DNA from: Callorhinchus milii
Taxonomy: Eukaryota
Direction of reading: 5' to 3'
Assembly (NCBI RefSeq): GCF_018977255.1
Contig: NW_024704743.1
Coordinates: forward strand, 28,708,001-28,772,000
DNA: 64,000 nucleotides
The position numbers were made by a program, and so were the translations under genes. Under the pieces are notes generated by a model. The model saw only the letters and a program-made list of their open reading frames with translations. It did no database searches and was not told the origin of the DNA. This document shows, piece after piece, positions 26,346-40,060 of this stretch (positions are counted from its first letter, which is position 1; each line of letters begins with the position of its first letter).

Positions 26346-26669
26346 ATGGAATTGTTATAATAATAATCCTTGCATTTGATATAGCGCCTAATCACGTCTT
26401 CAAGACGTCTCAACGCGCTTCACAGAATACACTACAAAGTGAATTGACTGTGTATTTTTCGGGTGAAATGTGGCAGCCAATTGCACACAGCAGGGTGCCA
26501 CAAACATTTGTGGATTGAGTGAACAAATTATTATTTTTTTTAACTATTCTGGAATTGATAGATTCAACACCAGATGCTCAACTAAAACAGGCTTATCTAG
26601 CTTTTAAATAAATTGTCAGGCTGAATCTCAAGCAAAGCAGAAAAATTATACATCATTCTAGCAACTTAC

Positions 26670-26729
26670 TTTTTGTCTGCTCCACTGGGAAGCTGGGGCA
26701 GTACTTCAAGGGCCTGTTTGAAATTTTGA
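26670..26729 (-). CDS. EXOC2: EXOC2 coding exon, 60 nt: QNFKQALEVLPQLPSGADK(K)
   Basis: caattcag|TCAAAAT...GACAAAAA|gtaagt. Phase 2-2. Matches EXOC2 FKQALEALPQLSSGADKK. Confidence 0.96.
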
Positions 26730-28129
26730 CTGAATTGAGAAAGAGATAAGATTCATTAACAAAACAGCATTCAAAGGCAAACAATATTAAATAAGGCACT
26801 TGTTGTGCAATGCAGAGTTTGTACAAATCTGATTATAATTTTAATATTTTTTTAGAAAAATTATTTTGTACATTTTCCTTAAAGAATATGCATTATCTGG
26901 AAATCAGTTCCAGAGATTCATAATCAATTGCAATTTATAAATGAGAACTAAATTTATTCAAAGATTTTCTGTAGATAGAAAAAATACCTTGCACAAATAA
27001 ATACTCTTGTCATCAAACAGTAGAAACCCTTTGAGACACTGATCCTGTAAGTATTCACATGCTACTCAGGTGGTCTCCACGGTTCATAAGGGGCTTCTGA
27101 CACATGCACATCTTGGTTTTGACCAGAGGAGGTAGCAGAGAAAGTTATCTTCACTTATCTTCTTGTTTCATGAGAAACAAAAAAATGTTTCATGATATAG
27201 CTCGGACTCTCTGGTAAACTCTGGCTCTGCTTGGGATCGGTGTCCAAGAAACAACTCGACAGTGAGTTCTGATGAGCTGATCATCCAGATAATGGGATAC
27301 ATCAGTTTGAGGACTATCACTTTGGACACACTCTTTGTGGAGTCAATCAGGTGGAATCTTGCACTGTAACTGACTCTATTTATATTGAGTCCTAAGTGGT
27401 GCTCCACGTTTCCAGTGTGAAAGCATGTACCTCTTAGAGTAACAGGTGCTGTGAAGTTTCCAATAGGCACTGCACCAAAGTTACCATCATAATTTCTTAC
27501 ACTGAAAGAAGGTGTGCAAGATCTAAAATGGATGGGCTGAAAGCCTCCCGGGGCTGACAAAATAACATGAGTTCTTTCTCCATTTGCTGCAAACCCAAAT
27601 CTCCCTGGCGTGAGCCCTCTCACAGGAAAGTCACTGCACCCTCCCTGAATTTATAAAGGAATCTGCTCTGACTGGAGTAGCTGTGGGTTTGCTTTGCAAA
27701 TTGAAATTTGGTGAGAAGCGAAGTTAATTTTATAGAAAAACCCCCTGCGGAGATACCACTTAAAACTGCCTGTGAGAAAAGGGGTAAAAGATCTGGGAGC
27801 AAGTTCAGATCATGAGGTCAGTTAGCCCTACCACTAAGTCTATGGCAACACATGTTACTCTTTTCTTACTTAAATTTAGGCTCTAATGTACTACATTATC
27901 AGATTGATATATTATGCATCTATTGAAGGGACAATGGATCCTGATGTTTGACGATGGACTACCCAATAAAATATAGATGTTTAATCAATGTGTGGAAGAA
28001 CACATTCAGATAGATATAGATTTTAAATATTATGGCAATTATTTTCAATTCATCAAAGCATCTTTTTAAATCCTGTTGAACTCTGCATTAGCGAACCCAA
28101 AACAATATGACTCTAGAGTTCTCTCTTAC

Positions 28130-28191
28130 TTGCTATCAGGTGTCAGGAACGAAGCAACAGCATCTCTGAGAGCACAAATTTCCAATCGAGC
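28130..28191 (-). CDS. EXOC2: EXOC2 coding exon, 62 nt: ARLEICALRDAVASFLTPDS(N)
   Basis: tttttag|GCTCGATTG...AGCAA|gtaaga. Phase 0 to phase 2. Matches the EXOC2 ARLEICALRD motif. Confidence 0.96.
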
Positions 28192-30411
28192 CTAAAAACA
28201 AACACACGTCACAAATTTATTATACAACATGTATTCGGGTCCTGTCATCAATTGAAATTTCTCAGTGTGTTACGTACAAGTTCATGGATTATAGAAGTTT
28301 ATTAAATGGATGTGATAAACCCCCTCTCAAATAAAATAAGACAATTGAACAAATAGAAGCCACGGACCTCTTTATCAATGTGCTGTGCCAGACAAGACTG
28401 CCAAATTTCAGGATAAGTGGAAACGTAACTATCTCTATTTTCAGTTTAGTATTCCCAGTTTATAGGATCTTATCTTGTGCAAGCGCTCTGGGACGCTACC
28501 CTGCCTATATAAATGCAAGTTGTTGTTGTAGTTGGATCTTTTTAAAATGCCGCTTCATTACAGAACCACATGAAATAAATTCATATGGCATCAGATAGGT
28601 GTGTATATCCCACATCATCTAAACATCATACAGTACATAAAAATTAGTGAAAACCTGACCACCGATGGAGGGGTGGAGATGTGAAGCAGGCTGGATGGTG
28701 CCCACTGAGGGGAAAGAGTAGCCGGGTATCACATCAATAGCTACCTTGCAGCATTTTATACAGATGATGCAATTCAATGGAACAGAGAATAGAGCTTCTC
28801 TTTGTGTCCTGGCCGACAATCCCCCCAGGTAAAATTAATCGTTTACTTCATGGCTATTTGTGGGATAGTCCTGTGCGCACATTGGGTGTGTTCGCCTGCA
28901 AAATAGTCATTACACTTTACTGTAAATCGTGTAAAACGCTTTCAGACTCCGCCACTGTTAAGTGCTCCAGGACGCTACCCGGCATGAAGGGTCCTATATA
29001 AATGCAAGTTGTTGTTGTTGTTGTTGAGATGTCTCGACAATGTGATAAGGCACTGTATCAAATATTGTTATCAATCGAATATTGTTATCAATTGCTCCCT
29101 GCAGTACGAAATACAGAGCTGAGAATTAATGTGGTCTTCATTCTTTTAAATGGTATGGAAAAGCTTTTCACATGTCTGGCTCAGTGCAAGGTTAACATTG
29201 ATTAACAGAACTCTTTGCATATGCTTAGTTGTGCTGGGCACAGGGCTCACCTTAGCTCTGATAAGAATGACTGCATGGGCAACTCAAACTGCAATTGATG
29301 TATATTGATTCGAGGGTACAAGCACCAACTCATATGCAGCACACCATAAAAAGGAGACAGCACGAATTAATAGAATCTAGACTATACCAGAATCTGGTAT
29401 AGTCATTCATGTATTCCTTGTTACGTGCAATAAGATACTCTCTAAACCACGAGTTTGTTGACCTGCAAGTCGCAGTTAAGAGGAAAGACCTTTGGCATGT
29501 TCTGTCAATCCTGTTGCTAAACAACACAGCCTCCAGTGGGCTTGGGCTCAGACTGCAAGAGCAAATGGTTGGGTATCCAATTACATCTTGTAGTTTTAAC
29601 TATAACCTAAGTTACCTCTGTGAGTGAAAAAGTACTGGCCCTGAGCGGGTACATACAGTAGTCTTATCTTTTGAAGGTTGCTGCACCACAGACCACATTC
29701 AATTAAAAGCAAAAGTGAACCGTTACTGACTGTTTTTAATCTCTGATGAATAAAGCAGATTTCTTTTGGGTAATTGATACAAAGTGAAGAAATAACGGCT
29801 TAATTTCTCTTCCAGTGCTTGTTTAAATAAGTTTTCTATTGAATTGTATTAAAAAAACTTAAGATTCCACCCCCCGCCCCCCCATTTAACTATAAAGTGA
29901 TGTCCTCCCAATCTTATTATCATTTCTGAGGCTAGGTGCAGAACTGTGAATTTTTTTTAGCCTCAATTCCCAGCCTCCCTTCCCAACCTTGTAACTGTAT
30001 TCAGTGTTGTATAAATTGTATAAATTCTACAGCAGTTAATGGACATTAATGGACATTTCAGTGTGCCATTCAAGGAATAATGACTGTTGTATCAGAGATA
30101 TTTCTCTCTCCGCTTATAAAAAGATGAGTTGGTCATCTTTCATGTCAGGACGACATCTCAAAGCTCTTCACAAGATTTAATGTAAAGTTTAGTGATTGTA
30201 TTTTGCAGGAAAACATGACCACCCATTTGTGCAAACAATCATGGAATGAGTGACCAATTTTATTTGGGAGGTTTGCTGGCCTGGACATCAGGAGGAACTC
30301 CCTTCTCTTTAGGAATAGTTCTATGAGATCTTTAATGTCAACGGGACCTCGGTTTAACTTCTCATCCGAAGAATGGTACCTACTAGAATGCAGCATTCCC
30401 TTATGAAACAA

Positions 30412-31110
30412 TCCAAATTTACATTTATAAAGCATCTTTCATGTCGGGAGGGTATCCTAAAACGCTTACTGGGACTGGCAGAGCACCTGAGCTAGGGTGG
30501 GAGCCGAGGGGGATGGGAGGCGAAAGATGAACAAAGTTGCAGTCAAAGAGGAAGGGCTTAAAACAGACTTTGAACGAGATGAGGGAGGGAGCGAGTCAGA
30601 GGGACTCTGGAATGGAGTTCTAAAATGGGGACAAAACCCACTTGTTTTGCCCACAAAATATACAGTCAATTCACTTCACAGTATAGCGCTTTGTGAAGCG
30701 CTTTGAGACGTCTCAAAGACATAATAAGGCACAATATCAAATGCAAGGATTATTATTATAAAAGGCTGAAAGCCTGCCTACTGTTGGTGGGGTAGATAGG
30801 GCGAAAACATGAAGCAGGCTGGAGCTCGCTAAGCGAAGAAGCCAACTGGGTCGGGTAGGTTTGAGAGGGTCCCAGAGGTTAAATGGGGTGAAATCACAAA
30901 GGGATTTAAAGGTAGGAACAAGGTTCTTTAACTCGATTTGCTGATGGAGGATAGCCAATGGAGCTGAGCGAGGATGGGGGTGAAAGACTTGTGGAACCTG
31001 ATGTGAGAAAGGACACGGGCTGCAGAGTTCTAGATAGCCTGTAGCTTGTGTAGGGAAGAGCTGGGGAGCCCTTTTAGCAGAGTTTTGGCCTAGTCAGGCT
31101 TGGACATGAT
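30412..31110 (-). mobile_element. L2 LINE 3' fragment carrying an opposite-strand SINE tail (~30640-30760)
   Basis: tttacatttataaagc...tttcatgtcgggagg tail and degenerate ORF2 C-terminus. SINE tail ...caaatgcaaggattattatt inserted. Confidence 0.8.
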
Positions 31111-31222
31111 AAATAGCTCCATATAGGAGTGTGTTCAGTGTCCCGATGTGGGGCTTGAACCCACAACCTTCTGTCTCAGATCTTAAACAGACAAATGAAA
31201 GTTTCTGCCAGCGTTCCAGTAC

Positions 31223-31345
31223 CTGCAGAGCTCCATTCTTGCTGAAGGATGACACACACTGCATCAGTCGGTTCATTTCTTCTGCCACGGCTTCAATGAT
31301 TTGCGAAAGAACTCTTGGAACGAGCTCTTTAGAAATCGTGAACAC
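31223..31345 (-). CDS. EXOC2: EXOC2 coding exon, 123 nt: [41 protein letters not shown]
   Basis: Lies within ORF 31094..31444. ttttcag acceptor and CAG|gtac donor, phase 0-0. Near-identical to vertebrate EXOC2. Confidence 0.97.
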
Positions 31346-32052
31346 CTGAAAACCACACACGCAAATAAATGGTTGAATTCCGACAGAGATGACCACCGAC
31401 AATTGATTACCAAATTTGTACCAAATCAGCCATGAGCACAGCAACAGTTGGATAGAGATTGAAGTTAAATTGCCTCCTGGCCCAGCAGTGTACCTATTTA
31501 AATGAGCCCTTCTCCTGCACCATTTCCCACACCTGTCTGCATCCTGTGGCCTCTCAGATAAAGGGTATAAAACTTGAGTTTTTGGCTAACCTTTACTCTT
31601 TGAAAGCCTTATCCACCCAGCAGAGAGAAGAAGTTTCCATTTGCTTTGGTCCAGGCAAAATTCAAACTCAGATCTTGGCATAACTAAACACTATCTTAAC
31701 TCACAAAAGCCACAGAATAAACATTAATTTTATGTTACAGTGAAACCTCTAGTATCTGCCATCAAAACCAAGAATCACCCACTGAAGATCTGTTCATTTA
31801 TGATGGATAATCTCAGTTCCTCTTCCAATAAGACATTTTTTCCCATACAATTGCACATTTGCTATTACTTGTGTACATGCAATGTGCAATTGACATTTCT
31901 CTTGGAATGCCTATGTTCTAATCTTTACTGCCCTTCTCTAGCCATGAGAAGAAACATGCAAAGTAAATTCGACATTTACTGGTTATCTCCCCACTCTTAA
32001 GATGGTAATGAAATGCCACAAATGGATAAGAACTAAATCAGCTTTTAAACAA

Positions 32053-32386
32053 GAGATTCTCTGTAGCTTAGTGGTTAGAGCACTTGCCTCGCAAGCGAAG
32101 GGACATGGATTCGATTCCCGGGCTGGGCGAAATGTTGGGCAAGTTTCCTTACTCCAGATCGCTTTTGCGGGGATAATAATCCATTCAAAAAAAATTAAAA
32201 TAACAATAATAATTTGGTCATTCATTCCACGACTGTTTGTGGGACACTGCTGTGTGCAATTGGCTACCGTGTTGCGCAAACAGGATATACAGTAAATTCA
32301 CTTTACAGTATATTCTGTGAAACGCTTTGAGCCATCTCAAAGATGTGATAAGCTGCTATATCAAATGCAAGGATTATTATTATTAT
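32053..32386 (+). mobile_element. Family A SINE
   Basis: tRNA-like head ctgtagcttagtggttagagcac...gattcgattccc and shared tail. Confidence 0.9.
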
Positions 32387-33071
32387 ATTTATTTGTTGAT
32401 TGTGTAACCTGCAATTTATCAAATTCTTAATGGTGTAGAAGCAAAAAAGGATAGAACAAAATAAAGGAATAGATCAGTTTGCTTTCAATGCAGGTCAGAA
32501 TAACCTTTTGGCATTCATCGCATGATTGCATAAACTTAGGTTAGCACAGCACGTCACGTACAACTAGGATTTCCCAGCTCGTGAGTAAGCGCACTTTGTA
32601 ATGTTTCTAACCGCAGGAACGGTAGTTTGCCAGATTTTTTTTACGCTAGTGTTTTCCATGAAAAGCATGCAATTCCATGAAAATCATGCAATCATGCAAA
32701 TCACGCAAGTAATAGTCTGTCAAAGGGGTATGAGCCCTGATCTATTAATAGATTCTTCTAACCTCATGGAATTGCTTAATTCAGGTTTTGTACTGTACAA
32801 TACCAGGAACCAAAAACAATAAGCAGCTTGTGTCATAAACACTATCCCCAATCAATTCCAAGAAATTGGATACAACCATGATTCTAACATGTGAAAGTGA
32901 TTCAAAAATATCTCTCTGAAGAATATACTCTCTTGGTGTTGGGGATGTAGGTGCAGGAATGTGATGTTACTGCACATCTGTCAGGCAGTGCTCTACTTGC
33001 CCTGCCTCTGTTTCAAAGCTGAAATGTAAGACGCACTATTAACACTGTACAGACTGTATTCCAGGGCTCAC

Positions 33072-33127
33072 CTCTGCGTGAACAGCAATGATGTTAGCCA
33101 AAGCTTCCTTTAAGTAAGTTCTGACAC
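33072..33127 (-). CDS. EXOC2: EXOC2 coding exon, 56 nt: (G)VRTYLKEALANIIAVHAE
   Basis: Read by hand (too short for the ORF track): ttcctcag|GTGTCAGA...GCAGAG|gtgagc. Phase 1 to phase 0. Matches EXOC2 VRNYLKEALVNIIAVHAE. Confidence 0.96.
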
Positions 33128-34129
33128 CTGAGGAAATAAGGACAAGCAATGCTTATTATTGTAGACTGTAACAGTTGGATGAAAGGTTACACTGAACACT
33201 GAGCAATATTAACTAAATGGAAAATCGATTAAGGCAGTGCTACCCTTCATGCTCCCCAGCCAGTCCATGAACCTTCGGTGTAAATGGGCCAAGACAATTC
33301 CTGTGCTTCCAAGCAAATGCTGACTTTATTCTTTGCGAGCCACTAAAAGACAAGCAAGCAGTAATCTGATAGAGGCACCACATCTGTGCAGAGGCAAGTG
33401 CCTCTCTTTTAGCCACAGCATGGCTTGAGAGTTAAATTAAATCTGAAATTAAATTATATTTGAATTAAATATGCATCCTACGAACTGATCCACTCTGTCT
33501 GCTGTATTAGCAACCTGCAAATGTCATTATTGCAAAATCAAATGAATGATTCCTGTGGTGATTAAAAGACAAATAAGAAGTGTTCACTTTAAAGAGATTC
33601 TGGATATTTTTTGAAAAAAATATTTTGTTGCATTTTATATCTGATTTAAACCCTTACCTCAAAGACTGAACAAAATTTTCAGTTGGTAGTGAATGCAACC
33701 TTCCATTTTATATAAACTGTTGATAAATTTATAGTAATATTACAAGTATTATTTCTTCTGTGTGAATATCATGCAGGGGCAGGGAGACATCAGTAGCAGC
33801 AAAGAAGACTAATAAGTAGGAGCAATATGTATGAACAGGCAATATATATGAATAGAGTATATATGTATATATGTGGCGTGGCAATATATATGAATAGAAC
33901 AATATGCATCTTCCATCCCTTAACCTATCTACTTAAAATTTATCCAAATCCGTTTGATCACTAAATTAATCATCTGGCCAGTTTGGTCTCATCAGTTGTT
34001 TGGAAAAATGTGACGATGTTGCAGTAAGAAGCTAAACAAGGACAAACGTTATTGGTGAACTAACAGGTTTAGGTTCTTGTATTGAAATCCGTTCTCTGCC
34101 TGAATAAGTCCTGGTATACAATAATAAAA

Positions 34130-34780
34130 AATATTTGATATAGTGCCTTTCACATCAGGAGAATGTTTCAAAGAGCTTCACAGGATGTACCGTAAAGTGT
34201 AGTGACTGTGCATTTTGTAGTCAAACATGGCAGCCAATTTGTACATAGCACCGCCCCACAAACAACTATGTAGTGAATGGTCAATTTTATCTGGGGCAAT
34301 GTTGGCCAGGACACAGGGAGTGCAGGATGGTAGGGGTTTAGGAAGTCATAGAGGCGGGGGGGAGCAAGGCAGTGGAGAGCTTTGAAGGTGAGGACCAGAC
34401 TCTTCAATTGTATCCTCTGTGTGATGGGAAGCCAGTGGAGTCGAGCGAGGATGGGGGTGATAGGGTCACAGAGTCTGGTGCGGGAGAGGACACGGGCTGC
34501 AGAGTTCTGGATGATCCGCAGTCTATGGACGGAGGAGTTGGGGAGACCGACAAGCAAGGAGTTTGCATAGTCAAGCCTCGAGGTAATGAAAGCATGCATG
34601 AGGGTTTCGGCAGCCTGCGGTGTGAGACAGTGGCGGAGTCGGGCGATGTTGCGGAGGTGGGGGAAGACAATGCAAGTCATGGCACAGATGTGGGGAAGAA
34701 AGGTTCGTTGAGGGTCAAGCAAGACGCTAATGTTCTGGTCTGGCTTAGTAAAGTGGAGTTTGCATCCATGGCTGGTCACT
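34130..34780 (-). mobile_element. L2 ORF2 C-terminal fragment (34320-34780) joined to a family B SINE 3' part (34130-34320)
   Basis: ORF 34168..34785 contains HLRNIARLR, HAFITSRLDYANSLLVGLP, IQNSAARVL and ITPILARLHWLPI, then switches to SINE tail sequence. Confidence 0.9.
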
Positions 34781-36524
34781 GCCACCTTAGCCTATACACT
34801 TAACTTGTCCATATCCCTTTTGGACTGGTTTTCCAAAGTAAAGAAAACATGAACTGGTTTAATTTTTCAAATTAATTTGACAGGAAAATCTCAAAAAGTC
34901 AAAGTGGTCACACTTGCAAAAGAAACCAGTTTCCATTCCCATAAGCAAATGAATGGTAACTCTCAGTGATAGTTAAAAACAAGAGGTTCTAATTTCTATA
35001 TTTATTAATCATTTTTGCTATAGTTAATTGTCATGTGCATTTTGTATTTTTTAACGGAAATAGGGCCAGTTGCATTCACCTTATCTGGTTTCAATGTGTG
35101 ATTAAGTTGTGTATCAAATTTACAAAATTATCTGATTTTTTTTAATCAAATGGCCTAAAAGGAGTTGCCACACTTACAAGTCCATTTCTCTGTGAATTGA
35201 TCTGTCACTTTAAAATAACGTTCATATAGGATAAGATAAAGATGTGGGGCTGGCAAACCTTCCTCTTTAGGAAACGTACCACAAATATTTGATTTAAGTG
35301 GAGTTTTTTATTAAAAATCTGTTTTCTCTCTCCACTCCTCAAGGTGCTGGCCAGCACAGCTGATCCTGTCCTCACCTCCTTTCCCCTCCCAAACTAGCAC
35401 ACTGAAGGCAGTTGAAGCAGCCCTAGTCACTTTGAATTGCAAATCATTGATGGATAAACAAGTGACTGTTCTCCTGGGTTAAGTGGGGGGAGGAGAAGAG
35501 GGGAGAAGCAGGTTCGTCTTGGAACTGAACTGGCTCCAAGATGACCTGCTTGGCAACGGAATGTCAAAATCGAGCCCACATACTTCTGACAGCACAAAAC
35601 TTTCTAGGACTGGGACACAGGTTGAAGCTCTATTTACAAGTCGAAATAATAACAATTTCAAAACAAAAATAAAAAACAGCTGACAGGAGTTGTGTAAAAT
35701 TTAGAAAGTCCCTCTGATTTAGCACAGACATTTAGACACCATCAGGCCTTGGGCAATTTCCTCAAATCATCATTTATAATACATTGCACAATGGTTTCCA
35801 GGGTCTGGAATCTACACTTGGACTTTTTTGGCCTTCAGAATTTTCTCTATCCATTCCTCTTGAAGGCTTTGACTACATCTTATGATAAGTGATGATGAGC
35901 TACGAGTTACAGGCAAATAAAATTCAAAAGCACATCAAGTTTATGTATGCAGTTGTACTTTAACATGGTGAAATAAAGTATTTTTCCATGAGCTGATGCT
36001 GTAAACATGACCTGCTTTCAAATCTGATTTCTTTCTTTTCCCTTCCCCTCCAAAGAAAAAGCTATCTTGACCATGTGATTTCTTTTTGTACACATGATGT
36101 GCAGTTATGCCACAAGACACAACTGATAAAATTAGTCACTCACTTCATGGTTATTTACAGGACATGCTGAGCAAACTGGTTGCAATGTTCACCAACAAAA
36201 TACACAGCCACTACACTTTACAGTATATTCTGCGAAGCTCTTTGATACGTCCTCCCGACGTGAAATATCAAAAGTAAGAATTATTATGATATTATTACAA
36301 TGGTTGAAGCAACAGGGTACACTCATGGAACTGGGAAATCTTGTTTGCTGAATTCCCGATCACTATTAAAAAATGACTCGTTCAATGGGATAGCTCAGCA
36401 ACTTTGTGCAGAATACCGTGAACAAGGTGTCAATGGTTGCACCTCACAGCAGAAACACAACGGTAATAGCAGGTCAACAACAAATAGATTGCCTTAATAA
36501 GTGTTCAGACATGCTGTCAACACA

Positions 36525-37392
36525 GTACAATTTACATTTATATAATGCATTTCCCATCAGGAGGGTGTCTCAAAGTGCTTGATGCTGGCTGGGCATCCAT
36601 CTGGGTTGGGACCTTACGGGGTTGGTGAGCGGAAAGATGACCAAAGGAGGTATGTCATGAGGTAGATCTTGAACAGAGTGAGGGACTCTAGGATAGAGTT
36701 CCAGAGAGTGGTGGAGGAAAGGCTGAATGCCCACCCGTAGGGCAAGGGATTATGAAGTAGGCCAGTTCTGCTGAGGCAAGGGAGTGGCTGTTAGGTAAGG
36801 TTGAAGGAGATTCCAGAGGTAGGATGGGATTAGATTGTGGAGAGATTTGAGGGTAAGGACAAGGATCTTCAACTTGATTTGCTGAAGGATGGGGAGCCAA
36901 TGGAGCTGAGCAAGGATGGGAGTCACAGACTTGTGGAGCCTGGTATGGGAAAGGATATGGCTGCAGAGTTTTGAATAGTCTTTAGTCTTGTGTATGGCAG
37001 AGCTGGGGAGTCTGTTGAGCAGTTGTGGACAAGCCTGGATGTGATAAAACAATAATGGGGTCTCTGTGGTCCAAGGAAAGTGGAGGCGGCAACTTTATAA
37101 AGGAAAAATAAGTGCACAGATACGGGGTTTGACAAACAGTTGGGAGTCAAACAAGACCTTGAGGTTTTGCACCAGCTCCGTAAAGTGGGGTGTACATCCC
37201 TGAAGTTGATGCTGTCAGTGCCTGAGGTGAGAAGGTGCTCACAGAGCCAAGCCTCTGTCTTGTCAACATTCAACGGAAGAAAGTTAGAGCTCATCCAGGA
37301 CTTGATATCTGACAGACAATTGGTCAGAATAACAGTAGTCCTAGAGTCAAGGATCTAAGCAGAGAGATGAAAGTTGGGTGTCATCTGTATAC
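36525..37392 (-). mobile_element. Degraded L2 LINE 3' fragment
   Basis: Frameshifted motifs MSSNFLPLNVDKTEA, IQNSAA and VTPILAQLHWLPI. caatttacatttatat tail. Confidence 0.88.
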
Positions 37393-37393
37393 A

Positions 37394-37757
37394 GTTTCCT
37401 GTAGCTTAGTGGTTACAGCATTCGCCTCGCAAGCGAGAAGACCTGGGTTTGATTCCCAGGCAGTGCGAAATGTTGGGCAAGTTCTTTACTTCACAAGCCT
37501 GTTTATCACACAGTAAATAGGAACCTGGGTTATTAGTTGACTGGCAGATTGCCTTTCTGGGGGTAAAAATACCTTAAAACAAAAAATAATTTGGTCACTC
37601 AATCCACAACTATTTGTGGGACACTGCTGCGCACAATTAGCTGCTGTGTTTCGCCCACAAAATATACAGTCAATTCACTTTACAGTATATTCTATAAAGC
37701 GCTTTGTGACGTCTCAAAGATGTGATAAGGCACTGTATCAAATACAAGCATTATTAT
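37394..37757 (+). mobile_element. Full-length family A SINE
   Basis: Head gtttcctgtagcttagtggttacagcattcgcctcgcaagcgagaagacctgggtttgattccc resembles vertebrate tRNA-Val. Shared tail. Confidence 0.9.
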
Positions 37758-39059
37758 GTAGAAGTGAATCGCATGTCTGCGGATGGAACAAAGTCAGCTA
37801 AAGTCATCACATGTTATTCTTCCCCAGGACAACACAACAAACTATATTTCCCTCAGTTCTCACTTCCCTGTGCAGCATTATTATTTTTAAAACCCGATTT
37901 TGCCCTGCCCTGAATGACCTCATCTTCACTGTGACACTTCTCAACCTTGGTGCTTTTCTGCATATGAGTCTTGTGCCCTTCATCAAAGTTCCTCAATAAA
38001 AAAAATTACATTCTTGGGAGTTTTAGCAATACAAGGCAGGGAAAATACAAGATGGGGATGGGGCAATAGATTCCTATTCTGTAATTCACTGCACAAAACC
38101 TCCTGTGATCCAGATCTTATAAGCAATAACTATAAGCAATAAAACAGTCACTACACTTTACAATATATCCCGTGAAACACTTTGAGACAGACTCCGGACA
38201 TGAAAGGAGCTATATCAAATGCAAGAATTATTATTATTACTGTCCAGGCTCATCAACAGGCAATTGAGAACTGCTAATGCTTCTTAATGCTGAATTTCAC
38301 TTGACAGTATATTCTGTGAAGACATTGAGACATCTCAGTGACGTGATAAGGCACTATATCAAATGCCAGGATTATTATTATTATTTATTATTATAAGCCA
38401 CAATTGGTTTACTTTTAATTCTAGAATGCTAAAGATGAGGAGTTACAATTACACATTATAATTAATTTATGCAGTACTTATGCAACCATCAAGTAAAATA
38501 CTGTAAATGTTTGAAGCACGTTAAAAAATAAAATTGATTAGAACCAAAGTAAATGCTAAATGTTATAAGGGCAAATGTGACAGTTAATTTGTACTAGCAG
38601 CATCCCACAATAACGAGGATTCATTTGCATCTAGGTATAAATTTAAATAAGGAAGAAATAAAGCCAGGAAGCCAGATTCCGTGTTTCTTTGAAATGACAG
38701 TGTGAACGGGATGAAGAGGAATACAACAACGATAACAAAATAGCAACAAATTTACACTTATGTAGCTAGCACTTTACAGTATATTCTGTGAAGACATTAA
38801 GACATCTCAATGACTTGATAAGGCACTATATCAAATGCCAGGATTATTATTATTATTATTTATTATTATAAGCCACAATTGGTTTCACGTCAGGAGGATG
38901 TCCCAAAGGCACTGGAAAGTGCAGGTTTTGTCCCCCTTCACCCCCAATAGTCCATTTACCTCTACTTGGCAGATGGACCCTAAATAAACATAATCAAATA
39001 GTGATCATAACCTCATCTGCAACATGCGTCCACCAACTACCTCTTACCATAACCCCCTA

Positions 39060-40060
39060 TATTTCTTAGCTGATGTCACCAATCTCTCCCTATTTCTCCT
39101 TGCTCTCCCTGCAGTCTTCGATACTGTCGACCATTCCATTTTTCTCTGTTGTCTTTCCTCCATGGTTTCACATGTTTCTGTTTTCATCTTACCTGTTCCA
39201 ATGTCTTCACTATGTCTCCTCTAAATAGCTTGTATTCTCGACTCCAGAACCACTCCTATATTGGTAGATTGCAGGTCAACAAGACATCAAGTCCTGAATG
39301 AATCTTAATTTCCTTCAAATGAATGTCAACAAAATCAAAGCCATCCTGCTTGGCTCCCGCCAGCACCTCCTCATCTTTGACCCTTAACTGTATCAACCTG
39401 CTCAGGGACTGCTCACTCCAGCAAAATCTGTGTTTTATATAAAAATCCAGTTCAATCCATCTGCAAAACATTGACCTCCCTCTCCTCCCATACAGATGAA
39501 ATCTTCATCCATGCCTTCATCTGCTCCACATTTGACTTTTCCAATACACATTTGACTTTTCCAATACAGCCTCCTAGCTCTATTCTCCCGAAAGATCCAG
39601 ATCATCCAGAATTCTGCAGCTCACATTCTCAGCATAAAAAGGCTATATGATGCCATCATCCCAATTATGCCAGGCTTCACTGGCTTCCTATTTCCCATTG
39701 GATCGACTTTAAGATCCTCGTTCCAACTTTCAGAAGCTACCACCACTTTCTCCATTCCATGTCTTGCTCCGTTCTACCTCTATGATCTCCTACAGTTTTA
39801 CTTCCCATCCCACTCTCTTAACTCAGACCTGCTTCATTGTTGGGAGAGCTTTCAGAGCAATTTGCTCCAACTAACTACCTAAACTACCTAAATCCCTTAG
39901 TATTGCATCCTTCCTCTCTCCTTTCAAATCTCTTCTGCACTTTTTGACTGTGGTCATCTTCTACCTACTCTTATAATACATTCTGCTCAATCTCCCACTT
40001 GGTCTCTGTGAAACACATGGAGATATTTTCCTATGTGTAAGGCAACATATAAGTGCAAGT
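39060..40060 (+). mobile_element. Old L2 LINE fragment (RT motif AxFDTVDH to 3' end, with deletions)
   Basis: AVFDTVDHSIFL in ORF 39024..39224, atccagaattctgcagc, and tail atataagtgcaagttgtt. Confidence 0.75.

Noticed and set aside
27168..27623. 151-aa minus-strand ORF inside an EXOC2 intron
   Set aside because: Non-ATG start and no recognisable domain; not needed for the EXOC2 frame, which is complete without it.
29810..29838. Minus-strand FKQALE peptide after an AG, resembling a duplicate of exon 26670-26729
   Set aside because: Similarity is limited to six codons; the phase is incompatible and the position in exon order is wrong.
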